Below, piece after piece: positions 9,809 to 19,350 of a DNA stretch of 64,000 nt. How positions within the stretch are numbered: the first letter of the stretch is position 1; each line of letters begins with the position of its first letter. The notes beneath the pieces were generated by a model. That model made no database searches, was not told the origin of the DNA, and worked only from the letters and a program-made list of their open reading frames with translations. Where the stretch lies: NCBI GenBank assembly GCA_965369655.1, contig CBDUQR010000010.1, forward strand, positions 1 through 64,000. Reading direction: 5' to 3'. The DNA comes from an uncultured bacterium (lineage in GTDB: Bacteria; Zixibacteria; MSB-5A5; JAABVY01; JAHJOQ01). A program made the position numbers and the translations under genes.

Positions 9809-10578
9809 CAGGGGACATCTCTCGTCGCCGGTCCGGTATATTCACACCCAGCCGTGTCCCCGAGTTTGCGCATTGGACGCTGTGTTGCCAATTCCTCGAA
9901 CGCGTGAGCGATCAACCCTGCGGTCCTGCTGAGTATGAAAAAACCTTTCCCGAGCCTGTGATCGAAACCCATGTCCGATATTACAGCCGCGATGGCTCCA
10001 TCGACATTGATGGGAAGCCGCCTGCCGGTCTTCTCCTCGAGCGCCTTTTCGATAGCCTTACAGAGTTCGATATGTGGACCGCTGAAATGAAGCCGCTCCG
10101 CTTTCTCAAACAGCTTCAGGGTTCTCGGGTCAGTCTTGTGAAGCCGGTGACCGAATCCGGGCATCCTGATTTTCTGAGATGAGAGATGCTCGACGAGTTC
10201 CTTTGCCGTTTCGTCAGAACTCCCCTGCTTCTTCGCCCACTCTTGCATGATCTTTGCGGAGCGTTCTATCGCACCGCCGTGGACGTCGCCGATCGACAGG
10301 ATACCACCTGCTACTGCTGCATTGAGCTGATTGCCGGCTGATATCGAATTGCGTGCGCCGAGAACCGATGGGGGCGAAACGCCATGATCCACCGATGAGA
10401 CGAGTATCGCTTCGAACATCTCAGCCTCAGCTTCGCCCGGAAGTTCACCCTTGAGCACGAGAAAGATGGTCTCGGCGAATGTCCTCTTTTCCATCAACTG
10501 TTCGATCGGATACCCACGAACTTCAATCTTACCCGGACCGATATTCGTTATGCTAGTCGTCCAACTGTTCCCGGTCAT
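9808..10578 (-). CDS. Citryl-CoA lyase / citrate synthase-family protein
   Basis: W.TSIT N-terminus with DHGVSPPS, HGGA, GFGH and NVDG motifs; short (256 aa) form typical of citryl-CoA lyase. Confidence 0.85.
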   Translation of the reverse strand: MTGNSWTTSITNIGPGKIEVRGYPIEQLMEKRTFAETIFLVLKGELPGEAEAEMFEAILVSSVDHGVSPPSVLGARNSISAGNQLNAAVAGGILSIGDVHGGAIERSAKIMQEWAKKQGSSDETAKELVEHLSSQKIRMPGFGHRLHKTDPRTLKLFEKAERLHFSGPHIELCKAIEKALEEKTGRRLPINVDGAIAAVISDMGFDHRLGKGFFILSRTAGLIAHAFEELATQRPMRKLGDTAGCEYTGPATRDVP

Positions 10579-11405
10579 GCGCCTGCTCCCTCGGATACGG
10601 TCGAGTCAGGTGGAGGTGGAGCGGCAAGTTGCGGAAGGCTGTTCTTCCACTCATGCTCGAGCACTTCAGGATTTCGCTTCGTGGTCATCATCAGGATACC
10701 ATTCGCAGAAATGCTTTCCTTCAGAAGTCCCAGCAGCGGTGCGGAGCCGTAATTGAGAGTGAGAAAGCCCAGGAATGAGGCAGCCTGCTCCCTGCGCTGT
10801 ATGGGGGGCAGCTTGATGTACTTCTCGTTGTCGATTAAATCCGCGACGGGTATAATAGTCCCGTTCTCCAGATGCTGAAACGCATTCGAATGGTAGTTCT
10901 CACCCGAAAAATCGAGAAGCGTCGGGAATCCTTCATTCACAAACTCGAACTTCGACCCTTCGGGTGCAACCTGGCGCATCATGATTTCCGCGATTCCCTT
11001 GCCGAGGGGTGAGAATATCTCGTAGTAGACGGTATCGTTCGAAGTGTACGGAACTTCGCGTCCCAGAAGTTTCCTTGCCTCGATACTATTCTGAAATATC
11101 ATCACGTATATCTTGCCGTCCGGCTTGTGTCTGAGCATCTGCGCGAGCAACACAACGATTTCATCACACTTGACGCCGATTGCCTCGATACGTGCACTCA
11201 GATCTTCGCTCGGTGGATAGCGCAGTTCAAAGACCTCCGTACTGTGCTTCAGCCAACCGGCAAAATACTCACGGTCAAAGCCGGATTGGGCTTCTTCCTC
11301 TTTCTTGCCACATCCAACAGTCAGCACCAGCGCAATCAGCAGGAGCGCCGACAACGCAAGCATCATAAATGTTCGTCTTGAAGCTTTGCAATGCATAGTA
11401 TTCAT
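10575..11405 (-). CDS. Hypothetical lipoprotein
   Basis: Lipobox LTVGC followed by GKKEEE; its stop overlaps the next gene's start (ATGA). Confidence 0.7.
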   Translation of the reverse strand: MNTMHCKASRRTFMMLALSALLLIALVLTVGCGKKEEEAQSGFDREYFAGWLKHSTEVFELRYPPSEDLSARIEAIGVKCDEIVVLLAQMLRHKPDGKIYVMIFQNSIEARKLLGREVPYTSNDTVYYEIFSPLGKGIAEIMMRQVAPEGSKFEFVNEGFPTLLDFSGENYHSNAFQHLENGTIIPVADLIDNEKYIKLPPIQRREQAASFLGFLTLNYGSAPLLGLLKESISANGILMMTTKRNPEVLEHEWKNSLPQLAAPPPPDSTVSEGAGA

Positions 11406-11627
11406 GGGACTCCACCATTGTTCAGGTTGTTGACAGGCGGCGAATTGATGTACGCCGTCACGATCCTGGTTCGCACCAATATAGGCCTGCCTAAATCGGC
11501 TGTCAACAGTATTGCGACTGGGCAACTCATGCTGAGGTAATACTTGTATTCCGTGCGTCTATCTTTATATGAGCCGACGGAATCAACGCGAGCCGTATGC
11601 GCGGAATTCGAGTTGTCGATGCACATA

Positions 11628-11645
11628 TTGTTATATATTTCACAA
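11628..11645. promoter_or_regulatory. Rex-like operator
   Basis: TTGTTATATATTTCACAA versus the Rex consensus TTGTGAANNNNTTCACAA (2 mismatches); immediately upstream of TTGACT-N18-TATATA (11652-11681). Confidence 0.65.
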
Positions 11646-11790
11646 AACGACTTGACTACCCTGCTCGCCGTTACGTATATATTGTGCGGATCGGATTGAC
11701 GGAATGAGTCACGATCCTGCAATGCACCGAGGCTGCGAAAGAAAATGGGTCAGGTCAATCGGCGCGTGATAAACAAGTTAGCACGAAGTA

Positions 11791-12525
11791 ATGGCAAACA
11801 CCATCGAACAGCACCCTCTTCCCTCTTTCTCAAAACGAATCATAATCATCGTGGGCGGTTACGGCAGCGGCAAATCCGAAGTCTCTGTGAATCTGGCGCG
11901 GCATATCGCACTTTCGCAGTCGGAGAAGGTCTTCATAGCCGATCTCGACATCGTGAACCCCTATTTCAGGTCGAGAGAGGCCGCCGAGAGGCTTTCCAAA
12001 CTCGGCATACAGCCGATCAACCCTACCGGAAACCAGTTCCACGCCGACCTGCCGATCATCCTGCCGGAAATCCGTGGAGCGATAGAACGAAATGACGGGA
12101 TCGTGATTCTCGACGTCGGCGGTGACGATGTTGGTGCGAGGGTGCTCGGGTCACTCGAGGATGCGATCGCAAAGAAACAGCACGAGCTTTTCCTTGTGCT
12201 CAATGCCAACCGTCCGTTCACATCCGACGTGAAGAGTTGCCTGACCATGATAGATCAAATCGAGAGTTCATCCGGCCTCAAACTGACAGGCATAATCTCA
12301 AATACGCATCTTCTCGATGAGACAACGCCGGAGATTATCACCGACGGCCTGACTCTTTCGGATCAGGTAGGCAATCGACTCGGTCTGCCGGTAGTTTTTG
12401 TTTCTGCGTTGAAAGAAGTGCTGGACAAAACCGATTTCGGAAACGTTAATATCCCCGTGCTCGCCCTCGACAGGTATCTCCTGAAACCCTGGGAGAGAGG
12501 ATTGGCCGGCGACACGAAGCCATAG
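11791..12525 (+). CDS. P-loop NTPase (MinD/CbiA-like) associated with vor operons
   Basis: GGYGSGKSE Walker A, DLDIVNPYFRSRE and DVGGDDVGARVLG motifs. Confidence 0.8.
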   Translation: MANTIEQHPLPSFSKRIIIIVGGYGSGKSEVSVNLARHIALSQSEKVFIADLDIVNPYFRSREAAERLSKLGIQPINPTGNQFHADLPIILPEIRGAIERNDGIVILDVGGDDVGARVLGSLEDAIAKKQHELFLVLNANRPFTSDVKSCLTMIDQIESSSGLKLTGIISNTHLLDETTPEIITDGLTLSDQVGNRLGLPVVFVSALKEVLDKTDFGNVNIPVLALDRYLLKPWERGLAGDTKP

Positions 12526-12532
12526 GGAAGAT

Positions 12533-12766
12533 ATGCCAGGTGTAACGATAGACAAGAACCACTGCAAGGGATGCGAGTTGTGCGTACGGGCATGCCCGCA
12601 ACAGATTCTGTCCATGTCGAAAGACATCACAGTCAAGGGTTACTTCTACGCTCAGGTGCACGATCCGTCGCGATGTATCGGCTGCATGATATGCGCTATA
12701 ACATGCCCTGACGCGGCAATCGAAGTGAAAACAGCCGGACAGGTCTACAGCCTGTTCGATTACTAA
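12533..12766 (+). CDS. 2x[4Fe-4S] ferredoxin (2-oxoacid oxidoreductase delta subunit)
   Basis: CKGCELCVRACP and CIGCMICAITCPD. Confidence 0.9.
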   Translation: MPGVTIDKNHCKGCELCVRACPQQILSMSKDITVKGYFYAQVHDPSRCIGCMICAITCPDAAIEVKTAGQVYSLFDY

Positions 12767-12794
12767 CGTTGTCACCGATCGGGGATTTGGATAA

Positions 12795-13880
12795 ATGGCA
12801 AAAGTTTTGATGAAAGGCAACGAGGCGATAGCCGAAGCGGCTCTGCGCGCCGGAGCGAACAACTACTTCTGCTATCCGATCACCCCGCAGTCGGAGGTGG
12901 CCGAGTATCTGGCCAGGCGAATGCCTGAGGTTGGCGGAGTCTTCCTCCAGGGCGAGAGCGAAGTGGCTGTGGCAAATATGTTATTCGGCGCTGCCTCGAC
13001 CGGCAAGAGATGCTTCACGACTTCATCGAGTCCCGGCATCAGCCTGATGCAGGAGGCGATATCGTATATGGCGGGAGCGAAGCTTCCCGTTGTAATAGTC
13101 AATATAATGCGTGGGGGGCCTGGTCTTGGCGGCATTCTGCCTGCGCAGTCCGACTATTTTCAGGCCGTCAAAGGCGGCGGTCACGGAGACTACAAGGTTC
13201 TCGTGCTAGCGCCATCGAGCATCCAGGAAGCCGTCGACCTGATGATGCTCTCTTTCCACCTCGCCGACAAGTACCGCAATCCTGTGATGATGATCGGCGA
13301 CGGCATGATCGGTCAGATGATGGAGGCGGTGGAATTTCCCGACAAGTACGAAGAGCCTGAACTTCCGCCTAAAGACTGGGCTGCTACGGGAGCCGCAGGT
13401 CGTGACCCCCATATCATCAAATCTCTTTTTCTCGACCCTTTGGCGCTCGAAGATAATAGCTGGGTGCTCCATGAAAAGTACGAGTTGATGAAGAAAAACG
13501 AAGTGCGCTACGAGCTTTACAAGGTCGATCCCACCAACAAGATCATCATCATCTCGTACGGCACAATGGCGCGGATATGCCAGACGGTCATCGACGAACT
13601 GGCGGACGAAGGCGTTTCGATCGGACTGTTTCGACCGATCTCGCTGTTCCCCTTCCCCGAGAAGCAGATTCGCGACGAACTGACTAAGAAGCACATCAAG
13701 GCGGGTCTTGTGGTGGAGATGAGCACAGGTCAGATGATGGAAGATGTCGAGAAGGCCGTGCTCGGGAAAAAATCGCTCTACTTCTTTGGTCGAACCGGAG
13801 GAATCGTGCCGACGCCCGAAGAGGTCAAGGAGAAAATCCGTCAAATCATCAAGAAAACCTCCGGCAGGAAGAAAGCTTGA
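12795..13880 (+). CDS. vorB: 2-oxoacid:ferredoxin oxidoreductase alpha subunit (VorB-like)
   Basis: LMKGNEAIAEAA, YPITPQSE, ESEVA, TSSSPG and RGGPGLG motifs. Confidence 0.88.
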   Translation: MAKVLMKGNEAIAEAALRAGANNYFCYPITPQSEVAEYLARRMPEVGGVFLQGESEVAVANMLFGAASTGKRCFTTSSSPGISLMQEAISYMAGAKLPVVIVNIMRGGPGLGGILPAQSDYFQAVKGGGHGDYKVLVLAPSSIQEAVDLMMLSFHLADKYRNPVMMIGDGMIGQMMEAVEFPDKYEEPELPPKDWAATGAAGRDPHIIKSLFLDPLALEDNSWVLHEKYELMKKNEVRYELYKVDPTNKIIIISYGTMARICQTVIDELADEGVSIGLFRPISLFPFPEKQIRDELTKKHIKAGLVVEMSTGQMMEDVEKAVLGKKSLYFFGRTGGIVPTPEEVKEKIRQIIKKTSGRKKA

Positions 13881-13888
13881 GGCACGCG

Positions 13889-14716
13889 ATGGATACCGGT
13901 AACGAGACAATATTCAGCAGACCTGAATCTCTGAGAGATGTAGTAACGCACTATTGCCCCGGCTGCACGCATGGGGTGATTCATCGGCTCGTAGCGGAGG
14001 CGCTGGACGAACTCGATCTTCGTGAGAGGGCTGTCGGCGTCGCTCCGGTCGGATGTTCGGTGCTAATCTACAATTACATCAATACCGATTTCCTTGAAGC
14101 CCCACACGGCAGAGCGCCCGCTCTCGCAACCGGCTTCAAGCGACTCAGGCCAGATATGATTGTTTTCACATATCAGGGTGATGGAGATATGGCGTCAATC
14201 GGAATGGCCGAGATCATTCACGCTGCCAATCGCGGCGAGAAATTCACTACGATCTTTGTCAACAACGCGATATACGGTATGACCGGTGGACAGATGGCGC
14301 CGACAACGTTGCCGGGTCAGGTCACGACGACGTCCCCGGCAGGTCGCGACGTCACGAAGGTCGGACATCCGATACGTATGGCCGAACTACTGGCGACGCT
14401 GAACACTCCTATGTACATCGAGCGCGTATCAGTGCATTCGCCGAGACATATTATCCAGGCAAAACGAGCCATCAGGAAAGCGTTCAAGTATCAGATGGAA
14501 GGACGATGCTTCACGCTTGTCGAAGTCCTCTCGACCTGCCCGACCAACTGGGGGGTCCCTCCGAGTGAAGCGACAAACTGGCTTGCGGAAAACATGATAC
14601 CGTATTACAAGCTCGGCTGCCTGAAAGACCCTGACAATCCGTCGGTCGCCGATCCCGTCCTCTTGGACCCCGATCTTCTCCCTCCGGGATCCCGTGGGAG
14701 AGGGGATCCTGAGTGA
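13889..14716 (+). CDS. 2-oxoacid:ferredoxin oxidoreductase beta (TPP-binding) subunit
   Basis: HYCPGCTHG, GCS, GDGD...NN TPP motif, YGMTGGQ and CPTNWG. Confidence 0.9.
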   Translation: MDTGNETIFSRPESLRDVVTHYCPGCTHGVIHRLVAEALDELDLRERAVGVAPVGCSVLIYNYINTDFLEAPHGRAPALATGFKRLRPDMIVFTYQGDGDMASIGMAEIIHAANRGEKFTTIFVNNAIYGMTGGQMAPTTLPGQVTTTSPAGRDVTKVGHPIRMAELLATLNTPMYIERVSVHSPRHIIQAKRAIRKAFKYQMEGRCFTLVEVLSTCPTNWGVPPSEATNWLAENMIPYYKLGCLKDPDNPSVADPVLLDPDLLPPGSRGRGDPE

Positions 14717-14727
14717 GAGGGCAACTG

Positions 14728-15291
14728 ATGGCGCAGTACGAAGTGCTCTTCGCAGGCTTTGGCGGACAGGGAATCATGACAGCAGGGCAACTGCTCGCAT
14801 ACTCCGGTCTGGCCGAGAACAAGCATGTCGCATGGATTCCATCGTACGGTCCTGAAATGCGCGGTGGCACGGCATACTGTACGGTCGTGGTCTCCGACCA
14901 GCGCATCGGCTCGCCGATCATTAGCAATCCCCAGGGCGTGTGCGTATTCAACAGGCCGTCGTTCGACAAATTCGTGCAGAAAGTCAGGTCGGGCGGACTG
15001 TCGATTGTGAATAGTTCGCTGATAGACGTAACTACTGAACGTGACGACATAACCGAGTTGCTCATACCCGCGAATGATATGGCGATGAAGATCGGCAACC
15101 CGAAAGCCGCGAATATCATAATCCTTGCCGCCTTCATAGCGGCCACAGGCATTGTCAAACGCGACACCGTCATCGGCGTCATCGAGGAAAAACTCGGAAA
15201 GAAGAAGAAGGTGCTGCCCTTGAACTTGAAGGCTTTCGAGGAAGGTCATAAGCTTGCCCGCCGATTGCTCGGCAAGAAGGTGAAGGCATGA
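14728..15291 (+). CDS. 2-oxoacid:ferredoxin oxidoreductase gamma subunit
   Basis: AGFGGQGI and SYGPEMRGG motifs. Confidence 0.9.
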   Translation: MAQYEVLFAGFGGQGIMTAGQLLAYSGLAENKHVAWIPSYGPEMRGGTAYCTVVVSDQRIGSPIISNPQGVCVFNRPSFDKFVQKVRSGGLSIVNSSLIDVTTERDDITELLIPANDMAMKIGNPKAANIIILAAFIAATGIVKRDTVIGVIEEKLGKKKKVLPLNLKAFEEGHKLARRLLGKKVKA

Positions 15292-15737
15292 AGCACGATT
15301 TCAGCAAACTGCAGGAGATATTCGACAGATATCCGAAGACATCGCAGTCGCTGATCTCTGTGCTGCAGGATATACACAAGGAATACCGCTACCTACCCTG
15401 TCACGCACTCGAAGAAACAGCTAAGGTTCTCGATGTTCCACTCAGCAAGGTCTTCTCGGTATCGACGTTTTACAACGCATTCAGCCTGACCCCTCGCGGC
15501 GAGAAGGTGATACGGATTTGTGTCGGCACCACCTGCCACATTCGAGGCGCGGGGCAGATTCAGCATCAGATCGAAAACCTGCTGAAGATCAAGGCCGGAG
15601 AAACGACCGAGGATATGAAATTCACGATCGAGGTGGTCGCCTGTGTCGGCGCATGCTCGATGGCTCCGGTCGTCATTGTCAACGATGAATTCAAGGGCGG
15701 AGTGAAGGTCAGCGACGCCAGGAAACTGATTAAGTAG
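15288..15737 (+). CDS. NuoE/HydC-like [2Fe-2S] subunit (BfuC-like)
   Basis: STFY, CVGTTCH and CVGACSMAP motifs. Confidence 0.9.
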   Translation: MKHDFSKLQEIFDRYPKTSQSLISVLQDIHKEYRYLPCHALEETAKVLDVPLSKVFSVSTFYNAFSLTPRGEKVIRICVGTTCHIRGAGQIQHQIENLLKIKAGETTEDMKFTIEVVACVGACSMAPVVIVNDEFKGGVKVSDARKLIK

Positions 15738-15747
15738 GACCGCTACT

Positions 15748-17601
15748 ATGATAAAGACCGCACGGCAACTCGATAAACTCCGCAAAGAATGCGTCGCCGA
15801 ATCAAACAAGCACCCGAAAAAAGTGATGGTCTGCTGTGGGCCCGGATGCCTGGCTAACGGCGCGCAGAAGATATCAGACGAGTTCAGGAAACTGCTCAAG
15901 AAAAAGAGAATCAGAGGTTTCTCCGTCGAGGCAATGAAAGAAACCGGCTGCCACGGGTTCTGCGAAATGGGGCCGCTGGTCGTAATCGAACCGGATCAGA
16001 CATTCTACACGAAAGTCAAGGTCAAGGATGTCGAGGAGATCATCGAGGAGTCGATCCGCAAGAAGAATATTATCGAGAGGCTGCTCTACACCGACCCGAA
16101 AACCGGCGAGAAGATCGAGAGATACTCGGACATCGAATTCTATGCGAAGCAGAAACGCATCGCCTTACGAAATATCGGTCACATGAACCAGTGCGACATC
16201 CGCGAGTATATAGCCCTGGATGGCTACAAGGCGCTCGCGAAATCCCTGACCAAAATAAAACCGGGCGATGTCATCGAAGAGATCAAGAAGTCCGGGCTGC
16301 GCGGTCGCGGCGGTGCTGGATTCCCTACCGGTCGCAAATGGGCTCAATGCGCAAAGATCGATGACTGGCCGCATTATGTCATCTGCAACGGCGACGAGGG
16401 CGACCCGGGCGCATTTATGGATCGAGTCATAATGGAGGGCGACCCGCATTCTGTCATTGAGGGGATGATCATAGCGGCATACGCGGTCGGTGCGCACGAA
16501 GGATACGTCTACGTGCGAGAGGAATACCCGCTCGCGGTTGTCAACGTCCAGAAAGCAATCGAACAGGCGCGTGAATACGGCCTGCTCGGCGAAAATATAC
16601 TGAAAAGCGGATTCGATTTCGAATTGAAGGTCAGTCGTGGCGGTGGCGCGTTCGTATGCGGCGAGTCATCCGCATTGATGAGATCGGTCGCAGGCGAGGT
16701 CGGAGAGCCGCGCGCAAAATATGTCCGATCGGTCGTCAAGGGCCTTTTCGACAAGCCGACAGTGCTGAACAATGTCGAGAGTTACGCGAACGTGCCCGCG
16801 ATAATCGCCAAAGGCGGCAAATGGTTCGCGGGAATCGGCACACCGAAGAGCACCGGCACGAAGGCGTTCTCGCTCGTCGGCAAAGTTCGCAACGGCGGAC
16901 TCATCGAGGTCCCGATGGGTACGACGCTCCGCGAGATCATCTACGACATAGGCGGCGGTATACTGGACGACAGGCCGTTCAAGGCAGTACAGACAGGTGG
17001 ACCATCGGGCGGATGCCTGCCGGAGTCGAAGCTCGATCTTGCGGTGGATTTCGACACGCTGACCGAAGCCGGATCGATGATGGGTTCGGGCGGCATGATC
17101 GTGATGGACGATCACACATGCGTGGTCGATATCGCGAAGTATTTCCTCTCGTTCCTGATTGATGAATCGTGCGGTAAGTGCATACCATGCCGCGAGGGTC
17201 TCTACCAGTTGCATGCGCTCGCAGTCGCTATCAGCGAGGGTCGCGCAACAGAAGCCGACCTCGACAAGATGGAGCAACTCTCTGAGATGATCGTGATCGG
17301 ATCGCTCTGCGGACTTGGCAAATCCGGTCCGAATCCGTTTCTCTCGACGATAAAATATTTCCGCGAGGAATATCTCGCACATATCCGCGACAAGAAATGC
17401 CCGGCCGGCGTGTGCCGCGCGCTAATCAAATACGAGATAATTGCTGACAAATGTGACGGCTGCATGGCCTGCATATCCGCCTGTACACAGAATGCTATCA
17501 CGGGTAAGAAAAAAGAAGTCCATATTCTCGATCAGGAGAAATGCGATAAATGCGGCGCGTGTTACGCCGTCTGCACACGCGACGCCATAGAGATCACGTA
17601 G
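15748..17601 (+). CDS. NuoF/HydB-like FMN/NAD-binding subunit, long form (BfuB-like)
   Basis: N-terminal thioredoxin-like 2Fe-2S domain, GRGGAGFPTG, NGDEGDPGAFMDR, ESCGKCIPC, H...KKCPAGVC and two C-terminal 4Fe-4S motifs. Confidence 0.92.
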   Translation: MIKTARQLDKLRKECVAESNKHPKKVMVCCGPGCLANGAQKISDEFRKLLKKKRIRGFSVEAMKETGCHGFCEMGPLVVIEPDQTFYTKVKVKDVEEIIEESIRKKNIIERLLYTDPKTGEKIERYSDIEFYAKQKRIALRNIGHMNQCDIREYIALDGYKALAKSLTKIKPGDVIEEIKKSGLRGRGGAGFPTGRKWAQCAKIDDWPHYVICNGDEGDPGAFMDRVIMEGDPHSVIEGMIIAAYAVGAHEGYVYVREEYPLAVVNVQKAIEQAREYGLLGENILKSGFDFELKVSRGGGAFVCGESSALMRSVAGEVGEPRAKYVRSVVKGLFDKPTVLNNVESYANVPAIIAKGGKWFAGIGTPKSTGTKAFSLVGKVRNGGLIEVPMGTTLREIIYDIGGGILDDRPFKAVQTGGPSGGCLPESKLDLAVDFDTLTEAGSMMGSGGMIVMDDHTCVVDIAKYFLSFLIDESCGKCIPCREGLYQLHALAVAISEGRATEADLDKMEQLSEMIVIGSLCGLGKSGPNPFLSTIKYFREEYLAHIRDKKCPAGVCRALIKYEIIADKCDGCMACISACTQNAITGKKKEVHILDQEKCDKCGACYAVCTRDAIEIT

Positions 17602-17611
17602 GAGACTGTCG

Positions 17612-18391
17612 ATGGTCACGCTTACGATAAATGGGAGAGTCGTTCACGCCGAAGACAACGAGATACTGCTCGCGGTCTGCAAACGCGAGGGAATTAAGAT
17701 ACCCGCGTTGTGCCACCACGAGGCGGTCGAGCCGTTCGGTGCGTGCAGACTCTGCATGGTCGAAATATCCAAAGAAGAATGGGGAGACTGGCGCGGATAT
17801 GTGACGTCATGTCTCTACCCTGTCGAGCAGGATCTGATCGTGCAGACAGATTCGCCCAAAGTGATCGAGCTGCGGAAGACAGTGCTCGATCTCCTACTCG
17901 CGAGGTGCCCGAACTCGCCTGAGATTCGTAAACTTACAGCCGAGTACGGCGTTACTCACACCAGCTACGAGGAAATCCCGGACGGCGACAACTGTATCCT
18001 GTGCGGACTCTGTACGAGAATCTGTGACACGATGGGATTCAGCGCGATCTCAACGGTCGGACGGGGTCACGGCAAGGAAGTCGCCCCGCCGATGAAACAG
18101 GCGCCGCCCGATTGTGTCGGATGCCTCGCCTGTGCGCAGAATTGTCCAACCAATTGCATCGAATGGAATGACATCGGTGACAAGCGCACTATCTGGGGCA
18201 GGGAATTCGAGCTTATCAGATGCGAGAAGTGCGGCAGCACGACCATAACAAGAGAGTTCGCCGAAGCTCTCAGCAAGACCAGAGACATCCCGATCGACTA
18301 CTTCAAGATATGCGACGAATGTCACAGGCATGAACTCTCGCAGACGATGGGCTCGATTGCGAACTGGGAACGTGAGGAGGCGCAGCCGTGA
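17612..18391 (+). CDS. NuoG/HydA N-terminal-like Fe-S subunit without a catalytic domain (BfuA-like)
   Basis: IPALC...GACRLC...SC (2Fe-2S), CILCGLCTRIC, CVGCLACAQNCP and an extra CEKC...CDEC; no H-cluster or molybdopterin domain. Confidence 0.85.
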   Translation: MVTLTINGRVVHAEDNEILLAVCKREGIKIPALCHHEAVEPFGACRLCMVEISKEEWGDWRGYVTSCLYPVEQDLIVQTDSPKVIELRKTVLDLLLARCPNSPEIRKLTAEYGVTHTSYEEIPDGDNCILCGLCTRICDTMGFSAISTVGRGHGKEVAPPMKQAPPDCVGCLACAQNCPTNCIEWNDIGDKRTIWGREFELIRCEKCGSTTITREFAEALSKTRDIPIDYFKICDECHRHELSQTMGSIANWEREEAQP

Positions 18392-18825
18392 AATCGAGAC
18401 TGGTTGTAACACCGAATCTCTGCACCGGTTGCCGCACGTGCGAGCTTGCGTGCGCGTTCGTGCATGTGATCGATGGTAAGCTGGGCCGAAGCCGCATCTA
18501 CCCACTGCCGGGAGGGGCGCCCGATCTCTTCACACCGGTCGTCTGCCTGCAGTGCGATGATCCGGCCTGCGTGAAATCATGTCTCGTCAATGCACTGACC
18601 CGCAACGAAGAAACCGGCGCGATCGATCTGGATCAGGATAAATGCGTCAAGTGCGCGGCATGCACGGCTGCGTGCCCATTCGGATGCGCGCTGTATGATA
18701 CCGTGCATGATATATTCGTCAAATGCGATCTTTGCGGCGGCGATCCTGTCTGCGCACACTTCTGCCCCACCAAAGCGTTGGAATATCGCCCGATTGTTCC
18801 CAGGAAGCAGCGCAAAGCGGGATAA
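18388..18825 (+). CDS. 4x[4Fe-4S] ferredoxin (CooF/DmsB-like)
   Basis: CTGCRTCELAC, CLQCDDPAC, CVKCAACTAACP and KCDLC.GDP.C...CP. Confidence 0.88.
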   Translation: MKSRLVVTPNLCTGCRTCELACAFVHVIDGKLGRSRIYPLPGGAPDLFTPVVCLQCDDPACVKSCLVNALTRNEETGAIDLDQDKCVKCAACTAACPFGCALYDTVHDIFVKCDLCGGDPVCAHFCPTKALEYRPIVPRKQRKAG

Positions 18826-18879
18826 CCTTCCGACGGTTTGAATCAGGTAATCACGAGGAGAAAAGCGGCGTGATGACAT

Positions 18880-18934
18880 GAGATTGCCATGCTTCGCTCG
18901 CAATGACAACGATCGGTCCTGTCATTCCGGCGAA
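18880..18934. repeat. CGTC/TGTC-type palindromic repeat fragments
   Basis: gagattgccatgcttcgctcgcaatgac followed by gtcattccggcgaa; related to 9713-9747. Confidence 0.6.
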
Positions 18935-19350
18935 AACCTGTCCGTGCTAGTCGGGGCTGTGCTCCGATGAAATGCGCATGAGCACAGCTCCAGAGCACAC
19001 GGAAAACGCTCGAGTCTTCAGCCAGATCTCGGCGCCGACAACTGCTTTTTGCGAAAACCGGCGCTTCATTGGAACATTAGTCCCTTCCCAATCGTTTGAT
19101 ATAGTGCGAGGCGTTTTTACGCTGAGCGATCCTTCTTTTCGTGCGTTTCATGGACTCCGGGTCAAACTTGGCCCGGAGTTAATTTGTTCTATCCTGTTCA
19201 TTTCTTGCACAGAGCAGGCCATACCTGTTACGAGATTATCCCTTCAGTTTCCGGGTTCCAAACCGAAACTAATACAGGAGCGTTGCGCGTCACGCGAATG
19301 CATCCGAACAGGAGCAAAATCAGAGCACAACACATCGGAGAGGGTTTGCC

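Noticed and set aside
11791-18825. Selenocysteine/pyrrolysine read-through, or a split hydrogenase catalytic subunit
   Set aside because: All subunits are complete at their stops, the stops overlap or closely precede the next start codon, and no H-cluster or NiFe motifs follow.
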